A DNA stretch of 64,000 nt from Sulfuricurvum sp. (GTDB lineage Bacteria; Campylobacterota; Campylobacteria; Campylobacterales; Sulfurimonadaceae): positions 134-64,133 of the forward strand of contig NZ_JAHFAQ010000001.1 in assembly GCF_023250475.1 (NCBI RefSeq), in the 5' to 3' direction. Positions 31,462 to 41,561 of the stretch are shown here, piece after piece; position 1 is the first letter of the stretch; each line of letters starts with the position of its first letter. The translations under genes were made by a program, and so were the position numbers. The notes under the pieces were generated by a model. It did no database searches and was not told where the DNA came from. It saw only the letters and a list, made by a program, of their open reading frames with translations.

Positions 31462-32169
31462 ATGACAGTTAGTTCTAACTACAGTGCGTATTCGTCTTAC
31501 AGTTCTTCCGGGGCATCTTCGTCACAGAAATCGTCTAAACCGAGTTTTGAGGACATGGCTCAACAACTATTGAGCTCTTTAGATACGGACGGAAACAGCA
31601 GTGTTGACTCAGCAGAATTCAGTGCGGCAGCGCAAGCGCTTGCATCCAGTTCAAACAGTTCTGGTTCTAGCGGCAGTTCCAGTACGAGCAGCACCTCGGC
31701 AGCAGATATTTTCAATAAGCTGGATTCCAACGGCGACGGCGGATTAAGTACGGATGAGTTTATGGCTGCACTTAAAAATTCAAAACCGCAGAAAGGAGAA
31801 GAAGGGGACAGACCGCCGCCACCATCTGGCGGAATGCCTCCTCCCCCTCCTCCAAGCGATTCAACATCCTCTTCATCGGACAGTGAAAGTGTCGATAAGA
31901 TTTTTTCCGCTCTGGATACGAATCAAGACGGTTCTATCAGTGCGGATGAATTTGCAGCACTTTTTGAAAAAGATTCTGCGGACAGTTCAAATACATCATC
32001 ACAAACCGGTACTTCTACATCGGCGCAAACAACTGCTTCGACAACAGAGACAGCCTCTCAAGACGTATTTAAAAATATGCGAAATGATATGCTTCAAAAA
32101 ATTCTCTCCTACTATGGCAGCAATGCCTCTTCGAGCAACTCCACTTCACTTTTAAGCGTCAGCGCTTAA
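31462..32169 (+). CDS. Ser/Pro-rich EF-hand calcium-binding protein
   Basis: Loops DTDGNSSVDSAE, DSNGDGGLSTDE, DTNQDGSISADE; AAGGAG RBS; no Sec signal. Confidence 0.8.
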   Translation: MTVSSNYSAYSSYSSSGASSSQKSSKPSFEDMAQQLLSSLDTDGNSSVDSAEFSAAAQALASSSNSSGSSGSSSTSSTSAADIFNKLDSNGDGGLSTDEFMAALKNSKPQKGEEGDRPPPPSGGMPPPPPPSDSTSSSSDSESVDKIFSALDTNQDGSISADEFAALFEKDSADSSNTSSQTGTSTSAQTTASTTETASQDVFKNMRNDMLQKILSYYGSNASSSNSTSLLSVSA

Positions 32170-32174
32170 ATATT

Positions 32175-32192
32175 CATGCCCTTATGGGCATG
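32175..32192 (+). terminator. Hairpin after the EF-hand gene
   Basis: CATGCCC-ttat-GGGCATG followed by TTACTT. Confidence 0.5.
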
Positions 32193-32231
32193 TTACTTAA
32201 TATTTACTATCCCGCCGATATAATCGATTTT

Positions 32232-32900
32232 ATGATACAGATTTTGATGATTGAAGATGACGACGAACTCGCACAGTTGCTTAAATCACGTCTTCAAAAA
32301 GATGATATTGACGTGACTATTGCCTTAACGCCGTTGGAAGGGTTGAGCCTTTTTCAAACACGCACTTTTGACCTGCTGGTACTTGATCTCTCGCTGCCCC
32401 AAATGGACGGAATGGAAATTTGCCGTCTCATCCGCCAAGAGAGTGACATTCCGATCATTATCTCATCGGCACGCTCCGATTTACGGGATAAAATGATGGG
32501 GTTTTCGCGCGGTGCGGACGACTATCTTCCCAAGCCTTACGATCCGCAGGAACTTATTTTTCGAATCGATGCCATTATGCGCCGCATTCATCCCACGCTT
32601 CCCAAAAAATCATTCCCGTTTGAAATTGATGAGCTTAGACATGAAATAACACGTCACGGATCGGTTCTGCGGCTGACACCGGCCGAATACGATATTGTCT
32701 CGTATATGATCAAAAAAGAGCGTTACGCCATTTCACGAGAAGAGCTGCTGATGAATATCGGCTCAATCAAATACGAAAGCAGTCTTAAAAGCATCGATGT
32801 CATCATGGGACGTATCCGCCAAAAAATCGGCGATGATCCGAAAAATCCCTCATATATTATCTCCGTACGGGGTGTAGGGTATAAATTTGTCAATGAATAA
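32232..32900 (+). CDS. OmpR-family response regulator
   Basis: IEDD, LDLSLP, KPY, winged-helix; start adjusted to ATG 32232. Confidence 0.9.
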   Translation: MIQILMIEDDDELAQLLKSRLQKDDIDVTIALTPLEGLSLFQTRTFDLLVLDLSLPQMDGMEICRLIRQESDIPIIISSARSDLRDKMMGFSRGADDYLPKPYDPQELIFRIDAIMRRIHPTLPKKSFPFEIDELRHEITRHGSVLRLTPAEYDIVSYMIKKERYAISREELLMNIGSIKYESSLKSIDVIMGRIRQKIGDDPKNPSYIISVRGVGYKFVNE

Positions 32901-34143
32901 GCACTCCATTTTAAATCTTATCGCCCTTTTCTTTCTCCTGATATTTGCCTTGATTAATGGCCTCTTTTGGATCGCTCATGTCCATTTCACCAAAGAGGCG
33001 GAAGGGGATCGGATGCGCCGTTTTGCTTTGGCGGAACGTCTTATCCATCACGGAAGCGGAAGCTTTGACGCGGAACTGAAACAGTTGATGATTGCCCCTT
33101 CTTCCCTCTCAGGCGATTTCCTGCAGTTCCACGGAAATCAAATAGCGGTGTTTCCCTTCGGAAAGATGATCGAGTATAAAGGTAAAGTCTATTTTCTCAA
33201 AACTCCTCCCCCAATGCCGCCGTTTGATCGCCCTCCACCGATGTTTAATTCCGGATTTCTCCCACCGCCGCCGTTTGAGAATTTTTCCTCCGTCGTGCTG
33301 GAAGATCTCAAAGTACAATCAACGTGGATGAGTTGGGCGGTATTTCTCTCAATTGATCTGCTGATTTTGCTTTTTTTCGGCTTCATTCTCAAAAAACTCA
33401 CCCCCCTGCACCGCCTCAAAAATGCGATCATCGAATTTAAAGAGGGGGATACCCATCTGGATGTACCGATAGAGGGAAAGGATGAGATATCCCAAATCAC
33501 CCATGAGTTCAACCACGCATTAGAGAAAATCGCATCGATGAAAGAGGCGCGAGCCCTCTTTTTGCGAAATATCCTCCATGAGCTGAAAACACCGATTATG
33601 AAAGGTGCCCTCACCACCGATTGCCTTGAACGCTCACCCGATCAGGAGCGGCTGAAACGGATATTTAATCGGATGAATTATCTCTTAGGAGAGTTTTCGA
33701 CGATGGAGCGCTTCAGCAGCGGTGAAATGACCATCAATCCCCAAGAATACCGATTTGTCGATCTTCTCGATCATACATGCGATATTTTGATGTGCGATAA
33801 AAAAAACATTACGCTCAAGGGGGAAGATTCCGCCCTTATTATTAACGTCGATTTTGAACTTTTTGCGATCGCATTGAAAAATCTCCTCGATAACGCATTT
33901 AAATATTCCGAGAGTAAGCCTACCATCATTATTCTAGCCCACGCAATCGAAATATGCAGTCTCGGAGACCCCCTGCCTGAGGAAAATCGAACCTTTACGA
34001 AACCCTTTAACCGCAGCTATGAAAGCTCCATGACCGGCTTGGGACTAGGTCTTTATATCACCCACTCTATTTTTCAAAAACATGGGTATAATCTTCTCTA
34101 TCACCACGACTCTGGGCTAAACTGTTTTCGTATTGTTTTATAA
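32893..34143 (+). CDS. Sensor histidine kinase with Pro-rich periplasmic segment
   Basis: ILHELKTP, NLLDNAFKY, GLGLGL; HAMP domain. Confidence 0.9.
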   Translation: MNKHSILNLIALFFLLIFALINGLFWIAHVHFTKEAEGDRMRRFALAERLIHHGSGSFDAELKQLMIAPSSLSGDFLQFHGNQIAVFPFGKMIEYKGKVYFLKTPPPMPPFDRPPPMFNSGFLPPPPFENFSSVVLEDLKVQSTWMSWAVFLSIDLLILLFFGFILKKLTPLHRLKNAIIEFKEGDTHLDVPIEGKDEISQITHEFNHALEKIASMKEARALFLRNILHELKTPIMKGALTTDCLERSPDQERLKRIFNRMNYLLGEFSTMERFSSGEMTINPQEYRFVDLLDHTCDILMCDKKNITLKGEDSALIINVDFELFAIALKNLLDNAFKYSESKPTIIILAHAIEICSLGDPLPEENRTFTKPFNRSYESSMTGLGLGLYITHSIFQKHGYNLLYHHDSGLNCFRIVL

Positions 34144-34187
34144 ATAAATATTTTATCCCTAGAATTAGAAACTATTAAAGGGGATTT

Positions 34188-34970
34188 ATGTTGAAACGAT
34201 CTTTATTGCTCATACCTCTTTTAAGTGCCGCCTCTCTTTACGGCTCCAATTATTCGGTCTCGGTGAGTGCCGACACCACAAAATTCGACTATGCCGAAAC
34301 TGATAGCAGCGGGAATTTACTTGATATCGAAAAAGCCGGCTACGGCCATATCAATGGCTTCAGTACCAGTCTAAACCCTCGCTACAACGGCATATATATC
34401 AGCGCATCTTACGCCAAGGGTAATACCGACTATGTCGGCGGAACGAACTTAAACCCTATTTACGGCTCTTACCGTACTACCACGACGAATGAAGTCGGTA
34501 ATTATACTTTCGGATACAAAGCAACAGCACTGCTTGATCCGCGCAGCGGGTGGGAAATGCCCGTTACCATCGGCCTCGGATATCGCCGATGGCTCCGTCA
34601 GTTGCACAGCAATGCGGGTGTCACAGGATATGATGAGCTCTATGACTGGGGATATTACGATGCCGGAATCGGGCTGCATTATGCCGTCTCTTCCAAAATC
34701 TCACTCGGCGTCGATGCCAATTATCGAAAAGCATTCAATGCTCAAATGTATGAAAATTCCAACGGCTACACTTTTAATCTCAAAAATGTGTACGGCTACA
34801 AAATTGCCGTTCCGTTTGAAATAGCCATCACTCCGACAATAAGCACATTTTTTTCCTACAATTATGAGTATTGGAATATCGGTGCTTCAAATACTATCGG
34901 AGGATATCTTGAACCCGACAGCGAAACCAAGAATGAAACGCTATCGCTTGGACTAAAGTTTAAATTTTAA
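34188..34970 (+). CDS. Outer-membrane beta-barrel protein
   Basis: Signal peptide, alternating aromatic strands, C-terminal ..LGLKFKF. Confidence 0.75.
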   Translation: MLKRSLLLIPLLSAASLYGSNYSVSVSADTTKFDYAETDSSGNLLDIEKAGYGHINGFSTSLNPRYNGIYISASYAKGNTDYVGGTNLNPIYGSYRTTTTNEVGNYTFGYKATALLDPRSGWEMPVTIGLGYRRWLRQLHSNAGVTGYDELYDWGYYDAGIGLHYAVSSKISLGVDANYRKAFNAQMYENSNGYTFNLKNVYGYKIAVPFEIAITPTISTFFSYNYEYWNIGASNTIGGYLEPDSETKNETLSLGLKFKF

Positions 34971-35000
34971 TACGCTTTATAAGTGCACACGGTATCGATA

Positions 35001-35450
35001 TTAGACTTTGACATCAACCGGTCCTGAATGTAAAGCATCTAATTTGACAAGCACTTCAAGCACTTGTTTATTATTTTGCAGACTTTGAGTGTCACCGAGT
35101 TTTTTATTCATCTCCATACGCGCTTTGAATTCAGAAATCAGATCATAGTTTCCATTACTGTCAGGTGCTGTAAGCATGGCTGAGCCTACACCCATTTGGC
35201 TGGGATCAAAAGATAAAATTGCATGCTCTTTTAGGCTAATATTACCCGAATCATAAAGTTCCTGAGACAGGGAAACAGTTGCATCAAGACTCATAGAATG
35301 AACATTGTAGTTCTGAGCCGTGGTATAAATTCTTTCCGAAGAGACAGCTGTTTCTAATACATTTTGGCTTTCAGATCGCTGTTTCTGTTGTCTGGTTGCT
35401 GAATATAGTTCCGACGAAGTGGTTACTTGCAATGCCCCAATTGTATTCAT
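35001..35450 (-). CDS. Hypothetical protein
   Basis: 149-aa ORF with AGGAGA RBS and a sigma54-type promoter. Confidence 0.7.
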   Translation of the reverse strand: MNTIGALQVTTSSELYSATRQQKQRSESQNVLETAVSSERIYTTAQNYNVHSMSLDATVSLSQELYDSGNISLKEHAILSFDPSQMGVGSAMLTAPDSNGNYDLISEFKARMEMNKKLGDTQSLQNNKQVLEVLVKLDALHSGPVDVKV

Positions 35451-35478
35451 TGATGTCTCCTATAATTGGCAAATTTCA

Positions 35479-35495
35479 AGCAATATTTATTCCAA
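35479..35495 (-). promoter_or_regulatory. Canonical sigma54 (-24/-12) promoter
   Basis: TTGGAATAAATATTGCT = GG-N10-GC, with the -12 GC about 30 nt upstream of ATG 35450. Confidence 0.7.
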
Positions 35496-35599
35496 ACTAA
35501 TTTTAGATAAGATACTTTTTGGAATCAACAAAAAATGAGGGGGTAGTGGAGAACTAATGTATCTCTAAAATGAAGGTCACTACATACTTAAAGTTTAAA

Positions 35600-35959
35600 T
35601 GCTGTGCGTATGATATAAAGATTTTTTCAACGACTTATTTCATCTCTTCAAAATGTACGAGTTAGCATATATTTTAGTCTGTTCTAAAGTCAATCGTCCA
35701 GTTAAATCCAATAATCCAATCTCATTAAGGGTCATTCCACTTTTCTACTCTCTTCATATGTCCAAAATATGATCCGTTAATTATCCATTCAGTACCAATC
35801 TCCGGCATATTGATTCGAAGAATGTATTGGATAGTCCATTCGTCCCGATATTTTGGAATGAACAATCTCGTTAATAGAAATAATACACCGTCGTTCATCG
35901 GTAGCAAGCAAGGTGATAAAAACCGATAATGACATCAGCAAAATGATTTTATGTTTCAT
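35600..35959 (-). pseudogene. Degenerate paralog of the 35963-37069 gene
   Basis: ATG 35959 gives a signal-peptide-like MKHKIILLMSLSVFITLLA..., then YAGDWY*MDN*RIIF (cf. VAWLDNDRVIF in the neighbour) with in-frame stops; distal end uncertain. Confidence 0.45.
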
Positions 35960-35962
35960 CGA

Positions 35963-37069
35963 CTATTCATCTCCTTCGCATAGATTGATCATTTGAATGG
36001 TGCTCTCATTTTTAACGCGTGGACCATCTGTGTGTTTGTAGGCAATTTTGCATCCATCGGGGGATACCGCCAAACCTCGGTGAATATTGTCCAGTCCAGA
36101 ACGTTCATTCCCCACATACCAGTCGTTGAGCCGTACGACCTGTTCTCCGCGAACTAGGTAGGCTCCACTATAAATCTTACCGGGAGGCAGGACATTAGCC
36201 TGTTCGTTGACAACAACGATCCCTTTTTTAGTGATAGCAGCTCGACTGGTGTATTTGTTCCACCAGTAGGCATAAGGGAGCGGATAGTTCTCTAAAGTTC
36301 CATCAGGATGTAGAAATATCAACTCATCTGGACGGCTTGGGAGTTTACCGACCTTGCTTGCTCCAAAAAACATCATCTTAATGATATAGGTATTTGCCCA
36401 CTCATCCCACCAAACCCCTTGGACATCATTAATCGTCAGCGGTAAACCGATCCGTTTCCCATCAGGTCGGATAACCCCTACAGGCGTTGAAGGGCGGGGA
36501 TCATTCCGATCTTTTTTCCATCCTAAATCAATCACCCCGTCTTGATCACGTAACGGATAAGTCCAGTTTGGGGTATCAGGTTTGAATGGTGGAGCATTAT
36601 ATTCAAGACACGTATGTCTGTCATTATGTCTTGTAATAGGGTCTCCGTTCTGCCAAAAACGTTTAACTTTCTCTTTATGTTCAAATCCATTGAATCCATA
36701 AGCACTTTCTTGGGATTGCTCTCCATCGTTATAATATATACTTGAATATCCATTATGCGAACACCACAACATCCCATCATGATAGGGAATAATTTTGTCT
36801 TTTTTCGTATCCCAGATAACGGTCTCTCCATTAAAAACAAACGGCTTAGCTGCTTGCATCTGCAAAAACGGCTCTCCTTTTTTCAGACGGGTAAAGATTA
36901 CCCGGTCATTATCCAACCATGCCACCACACTAGCGCAGTCGGTACACACCTCTTCACCGCTTTTATGGATTGTATACGAATAATCTTTTGTCGGGAACGG
37001 ACCGCTAAATTCGAAGGCGTATCCGTAACAGCCTAATCCAAAAAGAATTAGCCGAAATAATGTTTTCAT
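35963..37069 (-). CDS. Exported hypothetical protein, beta-propeller/TolB-like; immunity-protein candidate
   Basis: Signal peptide, WLDNDRVIF, C-terminal GLAVSPDGCKIAY; GGAGG RBS. Confidence 0.7.
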   Translation of the reverse strand: MKTLFRLILFGLGCYGYAFEFSGPFPTKDYSYTIHKSGEEVCTDCASVVAWLDNDRVIFTRLKKGEPFLQMQAAKPFVFNGETVIWDTKKDKIIPYHDGMLWCSHNGYSSIYYNDGEQSQESAYGFNGFEHKEKVKRFWQNGDPITRHNDRHTCLEYNAPPFKPDTPNWTYPLRDQDGVIDLGWKKDRNDPRPSTPVGVIRPDGKRIGLPLTINDVQGVWWDEWANTYIIKMMFFGASKVGKLPSRPDELIFLHPDGTLENYPLPYAYWWNKYTSRAAITKKGIVVVNEQANVLPPGKIYSGAYLVRGEQVVRLNDWYVGNERSGLDNIHRGLAVSPDGCKIAYKHTDGPRVKNESTIQMINLCEGDE

Positions 37070-37308
37070 TTTGAATTCCCCTCCTGCGACAGATTTAAAG
37101 CCAACGCATAATTCCCGCCGGTCTGGACAAACCCAAGCCGCCTGAGGAATTTATCGGTCTTATCGATATGTGTACCGCTCTTGACTCCGGCAGAGAGTTC
37201 CTCTGCTCCCCGATTTTCCGCCCCTCCGACAAAATGACGCAAACTCTTTAGCATATTAAAACGACGATAAACAAAGTAAAATCCATCTAAATTCCCCTGA
37301 AAAGTCAC
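37066..37308 (-). pseudogene. Probable 3' remnant of a larger gene translationally coupled to the downstream gene
   Basis: Stop overlaps the next ATG (ATGA) and the ORF contains the next gene's RBS; no good RBS of its own; abuts a very AT-rich stretch. Confidence 0.4.
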
Positions 37309-37667
37309 AATACAAAAATAAATATTAAATACTTTAACTAGATTAAGATCATAAAATAGTTATATATAATTACATTTTACACATATGAATTATTTTTTAT
37401 TGGAATATAATTTTTCAAAACATCCGTAAACAGGGGAAAGAATATTAAAATATTATTAATTAATATAATATAACTATTAATTTTAATATTTTATCAATAT
37501 GTAACCATTTGAAATATTTTTGCTAAAAATATGTATCCTCATCTAATAATCAAAATTTAAATGATTCGTAACAACCAATGCCGCAAACTGGCTATAAAAC
37601 CGATCATTTTAGAAAAGTTTGACCCTTTTTCACTATAATCTCTGCTGATAATATGAAGCAGAGGAAA

Positions 37668-38888
37668 ATGATGTCAACACCGTATTTAGAAACTCATCCC
37701 GATGAACGGGGATATTTTGGAAAATTTGGAGGTTCGTTTATCCCTCCTGTCCTCGAAGAACCTTTTGCCCAAATCACTCAGGCGTATCAGGAACTCAAAC
37801 ATTCCCCGGAGTTCATCAAGGAACTCAAATACGTACGTAAACACTATCAGGGACGCCCTACTCCCGTGACATTTGCGAAAAATTTAACAGAGTACTGCGG
37901 GGGGGCCAAAATTTACCTCAAACGTGAAGACCTTAACCACACCGGAGCACACAAACTCAACCACTGTATGGCCGAAGTTATACTGGCTAAACACCTTGGC
38001 AAAAAAAAGGTTATCGCCGAAACGGGTGCAGGACAGCATGGTGTCGCTTTAGCGACGGCAGCGGCTTATTTCGGTTTGGAATGCGAGATTCATATGGGGG
38101 AAGTCGACATTGCCAAAGAGCATCCGAATGTCGTTCGGATGAAAATTCTCGGGGCTAAAGTCGTCCCGGCAACTCACGGGTTAAAAACCCTTAAAGAGGC
38201 TGTAGATTCGGCATTCGATGCCTATGTCAAAGATCCGATCAATGCGATTTACTGCATCGGCTCCGTGGTAGGTCCCCATCCGTTTCCGATGATGGTGCGC
38301 GACTTTCAGTCCGTAATCGGATTCGAGGCAAAAGAGCAATTTGATGAGTTCGAAGGGAAGCTTCCCGATAATATCGTCGCTTGCGTCGGAGGAGGCTCAA
38401 ATGCAATGGGGATCTTTGCCGCGTTCATCGACGATACCGATGTCAATCTTTACGGAGTTGAACCGCTTGGGAAAGGGGAAAAACTCGGGGAACACGCCGC
38501 GACATTGACGTATGGAGAAGAAGGGATTATGCACGGCTTTAATTCCATTATGCTCAAAGATGCTGAAGGAAATCCTGCACCCGTCTATTCAATCGGATCA
38601 GGAATTGATTATCCCTCCGTCGGACCGGAACACGCCTATCTCAATCAAAGCGGACGAAGCAAAATAGGATTATGCAATGACGAGGAAGCTGTCGACGCAT
38701 TTTACAAGCTTTCCCAGTTAGAGGGGATAATCCCCGCTCTTGAATCCGCCCATGCGGTAGCGTTTGCTATGAAGCTTGCAAAAACGTTGGATAAAGATAA
38801 GACCATTTTGGTAAATTTGAGCGGTCGAGGGGACAAAGATATTGATTATGTCATTGAAAACTATCCCGTTCCTCATGCGAAATTTTGA
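37668..38888 (+). CDS. trpB: Tryptophan synthase beta subunit (stand-alone)
   Basis: [17 protein letters not shown] (PLP Lys), [23 protein letters not shown]; start adjusted to the ATG after GAGG. Confidence 0.93.
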   Translation: MMSTPYLETHPDERGYFGKFGGSFIPPVLEEPFAQITQAYQELKHSPEFIKELKYVRKHYQGRPTPVTFAKNLTEYCGGAKIYLKREDLNHTGAHKLNHCMAEVILAKHLGKKKVIAETGAGQHGVALATAAAYFGLECEIHMGEVDIAKEHPNVVRMKILGAKVVPATHGLKTLKEAVDSAFDAYVKDPINAIYCIGSVVGPHPFPMMVRDFQSVIGFEAKEQFDEFEGKLPDNIVACVGGGSNAMGIFAAFIDDTDVNLYGVEPLGKGEKLGEHAATLTYGEEGIMHGFNSIMLKDAEGNPAPVYSIGSGIDYPSVGPEHAYLNQSGRSKIGLCNDEEAVDAFYKLSQLEGIIPALESAHAVAFAMKLAKTLDKDKTILVNLSGRGDKDIDYVIENYPVPHAKF

Positions 38889-38928
38889 TACTGTTATGTA
38901 ACTTTGCCCAAAGAGGGATCAACACTTT

Positions 38929-39210
38929 ATGAAAGGTGCTATTTTTCTATTTATCATTTTTAATCTTATTACCTTCGTTGTATTTGCTCTTGATAAATTT
39001 CTAGCTCGTACAAATCGAAAACGCATAAGTGAAAAAACGCTGCTGACACTGGCAATAGCCGGTGGAAGTGTTGGCGCCGTTTTCGCACAAAAACTGGTTC
39101 GTCACAAAACGCGTAAATTTAGATACATTTTATGGGTGATTTTGGTTATTCAATTTATTGTTTTTGAAACACTTTGGTATTACTTTCCGATATTAGCCAA
39201 AGCCGTTTGA
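38929..39210 (+). CDS. DUF1294 membrane protein
   Basis: DK..A.....RISEKTL...A..GGS.GA.......RHKTRK. Confidence 0.85.
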   Translation: MKGAIFLFIIFNLITFVVFALDKFLARTNRKRISEKTLLTLAIAGGSVGAVFAQKLVRHKTRKFRYILWVILVIQFIVFETLWYYFPILAKAV

Positions 39211-39224
39211 AGTTTTTATAACAC

Positions 39225-39266
39225 TTGACCTTCGTCAATTTCTTCCATTCACTATCTTGATATACT
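39225..39266 (+). promoter_or_regulatory. Class II Crp/Fnr-family (NssR/DNR-like) box plus extended -10 of nnrS
   Basis: TTGAC-cttc-GTCAA (39225-39238) and TGaTATACT (39258-39266); box centre falls at -41.5 relative to the predicted TSS 39273. Confidence 0.75.
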
Positions 39267-39292
39267 CCCGCATACTTTACAAGGGATCACCA

Positions 39293-40495
39293 ATGGCTGC
39301 CTTTTCAACGACTCCTATACCTAAAAAACAAAACTATTTTTTATCTCAGCCCCATCAACCGTTTTTCGTATTCGGACTTTTATGGGCAATTGTCTCTATG
39401 GTACTCTTTACCCTTTCTCATAAAGGGGTCATCTCCCTCAGCATAAGCGAAAACGAGTTTCATCTCTATTCTCTTGCCTTTATCGTTTTTGCCCAATTCT
39501 TTCACGGCTTTTTATTTACGACCTTTCCCCGCTTTTGTACCGCTATGGCCATCCCGAAAGAGGTCTATATCCGAATCGTTTGGCTCTATCAAATCGCCGC
39601 CGTACTCTTTTTTGTCGGTTCGCTTTTGTCGGAATGGATGGTTTTATTTTCGATGGTTGCTGTTTTGTTTGCCCATGCTATGGCGATATTTACCCTCCAT
39701 TGGGTCTATAAAATCGGGCAATCTCCGTTAAAACAAGACCCTTATTGGGTCTTGGTCGCCCACGGTATCGCGATCACAACCCATCTCTTTTGGATTATCG
39801 CTTACGGTATCAGTTTGATATGGGATTTCCAGGGGTGGTTCCCGATCCTCGTACCGATTCTCGTGAACTTCTTTCTCGTGTTTCTTACCTTCGCCGTCGC
39901 GCAGAGAATGATCCCTTTTTTCAGCCATTCGCAGGCATCTAAGCCCAAATATTTTGTGGAGACGATATTCGGTGCATTAATTGCCAAAACCCTCTTTGCC
40001 GTATTTGCTTTCACAGCGGGCGAAGCCGTTGTAGGGATTCTCCTCGCACTCTATCTGTTTCGCGAATTTTTACGCTGGAAACTGCATCCGTTTCAATCCC
40101 CTGCGATTCTTTGGGTACTTCATTTAGCCCTGTTTTGGTTGCCGATAGGATTTCTCATCGGATCATTGACCCAAATAGCCGAAATGATGTATGGAGTAAG
40201 TTTTTTATTCGCGGAAATCCATCTGCTCGTTTTGGGCTTTTTAACTACCGTACTGATCGGATTCGGAACGCGTGTGACACTGGGACACTCCGGACAGCCT
40301 CCTCACGCTGATCCCTTAGCCATTGCGCTGTTTTGGTGGACGCAACTCCTCGTCCTTGTCCGTTTCGCCCTCTCTGTCGATACGGCATTCGGTGCTGCCC
40401 ACGGATGGCTTTTTGATGCTGCGGCGTTCGGATGGATTGTTTTGTTTGTCGTATGGGGCGGACGGTATGGAAAAACGCTTATATTCGGGAAGTAG
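39293..40495 (+). CDS. nnrS: NnrS family heme/copper membrane protein
   Basis: QPHQPFF, HLYSLAF..F..FFHGFLFTTFP, RMIPFFS, HLLVLGF, RVTLGHSG; start adjusted to ATG 39293. Confidence 0.85.
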   Translation: MAAFSTTPIPKKQNYFLSQPHQPFFVFGLLWAIVSMVLFTLSHKGVISLSISENEFHLYSLAFIVFAQFFHGFLFTTFPRFCTAMAIPKEVYIRIVWLYQIAAVLFFVGSLLSEWMVLFSMVAVLFAHAMAIFTLHWVYKIGQSPLKQDPYWVLVAHGIAITTHLFWIIAYGISLIWDFQGWFPILVPILVNFFLVFLTFAVAQRMIPFFSHSQASKPKYFVETIFGALIAKTLFAVFAFTAGEAVVGILLALYLFREFLRWKLHPFQSPAILWVLHLALFWLPIGFLIGSLTQIAEMMYGVSFLFAEIHLLVLGFLTTVLIGFGTRVTLGHSGQPPHADPLAIALFWWTQLLVLVRFALSVDTAFGAAHGWLFDAAAFGWIVLFVVWGGRYGKTLIFGK

Positions 40496-40620
40496 AGATA
40501 GAACTTTCTATTAGAAAATCTAATATTCTTAAACTTTATCCCTACCTTGCAATTCCAATGCACTCTTAATACGATCAGTGCTAAAACATACATTGAAAAT
40601 ACCTCCCGAGGAGAGTTTTC

Positions 40621-41481
40621 ATGAAACGGATTATAAATATTTATACCGAACACAAAAACAGTGTTCAATTTTACCTCCGCAGTACAATGGAGAGTTTTCA
40701 TCCCCTCTCAAACAACGCTCAAGATATGCGCCGTTTTTTCGAATCTGAAAAATCGGCGGAAGTTATCTATGCCGTCAATGAAACATTTACACAATTTACC
40801 CCCAGCTATGGGAGAAACTACATCGATGAAAATCGCAACGGAACCGACAAATCTTTTTATTTTAAATGGGTCAGTTTTAGCGAAGAGCCGATCCACATCA
40901 GCAACCCTTATCTCCACCACGTTACGGGCTTACCGACACTAACCGCTGTAAAAATGGAAAACAACCGCTATATTGTGACCGATTTCGATATGCTAAAGCT
41001 CCTTGAAGAGCTTCGTCTAATCGAACATAACAGTGCGTATGAACAAATCAACCGGTTTGTGATGGGAAGCGGCGGATTGTTACTGGGAATCGTTTCTGTC
41101 TTTTTAATCTTTTACGGAGCCTATATTTTCTTCCAAATGCTTATCTCCCCCTATAGCGGGGAAGCGGTAATGCATCAAATTTTTACCTCTATCATCTCGA
41201 TTACGATCGGACTCGCCATTTACGATTTGGCAAAAACCCTTATTGAGAATGAGGTTTTATTTAAAACGTTCAACTACGGAAACGATTTGCAGAACAAAGC
41301 CCTCAGCAAATTCTTGACCTCCATCATTATTGCCCTCTCGATTGAGTCGCTAATGGCGGTATTCAAAATTGTACTTGATGATTACAGCAAGCTCATTAAC
41401 GCCTTTTATCTCATCATCGGCGTAACGCTCCTCATTGTGGGAACCGGAGTTTACAATCGTCTTTCCAATCAGACCAAGTGA
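40621..41481 (+). CDS. PDC-like sensor domain plus four-TM membrane protein (UPF0114/YqhA-like)
   Basis: ISNPYLHHVTGLPTLTAV cache-like segment; ..SKFLTSIIIALSIESLM.VFK. Confidence 0.6.
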   Translation: MKRIINIYTEHKNSVQFYLRSTMESFHPLSNNAQDMRRFFESEKSAEVIYAVNETFTQFTPSYGRNYIDENRNGTDKSFYFKWVSFSEEPIHISNPYLHHVTGLPTLTAVKMENNRYIVTDFDMLKLLEELRLIEHNSAYEQINRFVMGSGGLLLGIVSVFLIFYGAYIFFQMLISPYSGEAVMHQIFTSIISITIGLAIYDLAKTLIENEVLFKTFNYGNDLQNKALSKFLTSIIIALSIESLMAVFKIVLDDYSKLINAFYLIIGVTLLIVGTGVYNRLSNQTK

Positions 41482-41561
41482 ATTCGATTGTTAGATTAAT
41501 ATCTGTTATAATCCTATAAGTGCTGAATAATAATTCACAATAAAGGGTAAAGGCTCATTTC

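Noticed and set aside
31462-32169. Ser-rich repeats as tandem repeat or CRISPR-like array
   Set aside because: Coding low-complexity sequence with no constant repeat-spacer period; no CRISPR array or cas gene seen in the window.
37441-37490. 10-bp inverted repeat AATATTAAAA...TTTTAATATT
   Set aside because: Lies in almost pure A/T sequence where such matches are expected by chance.
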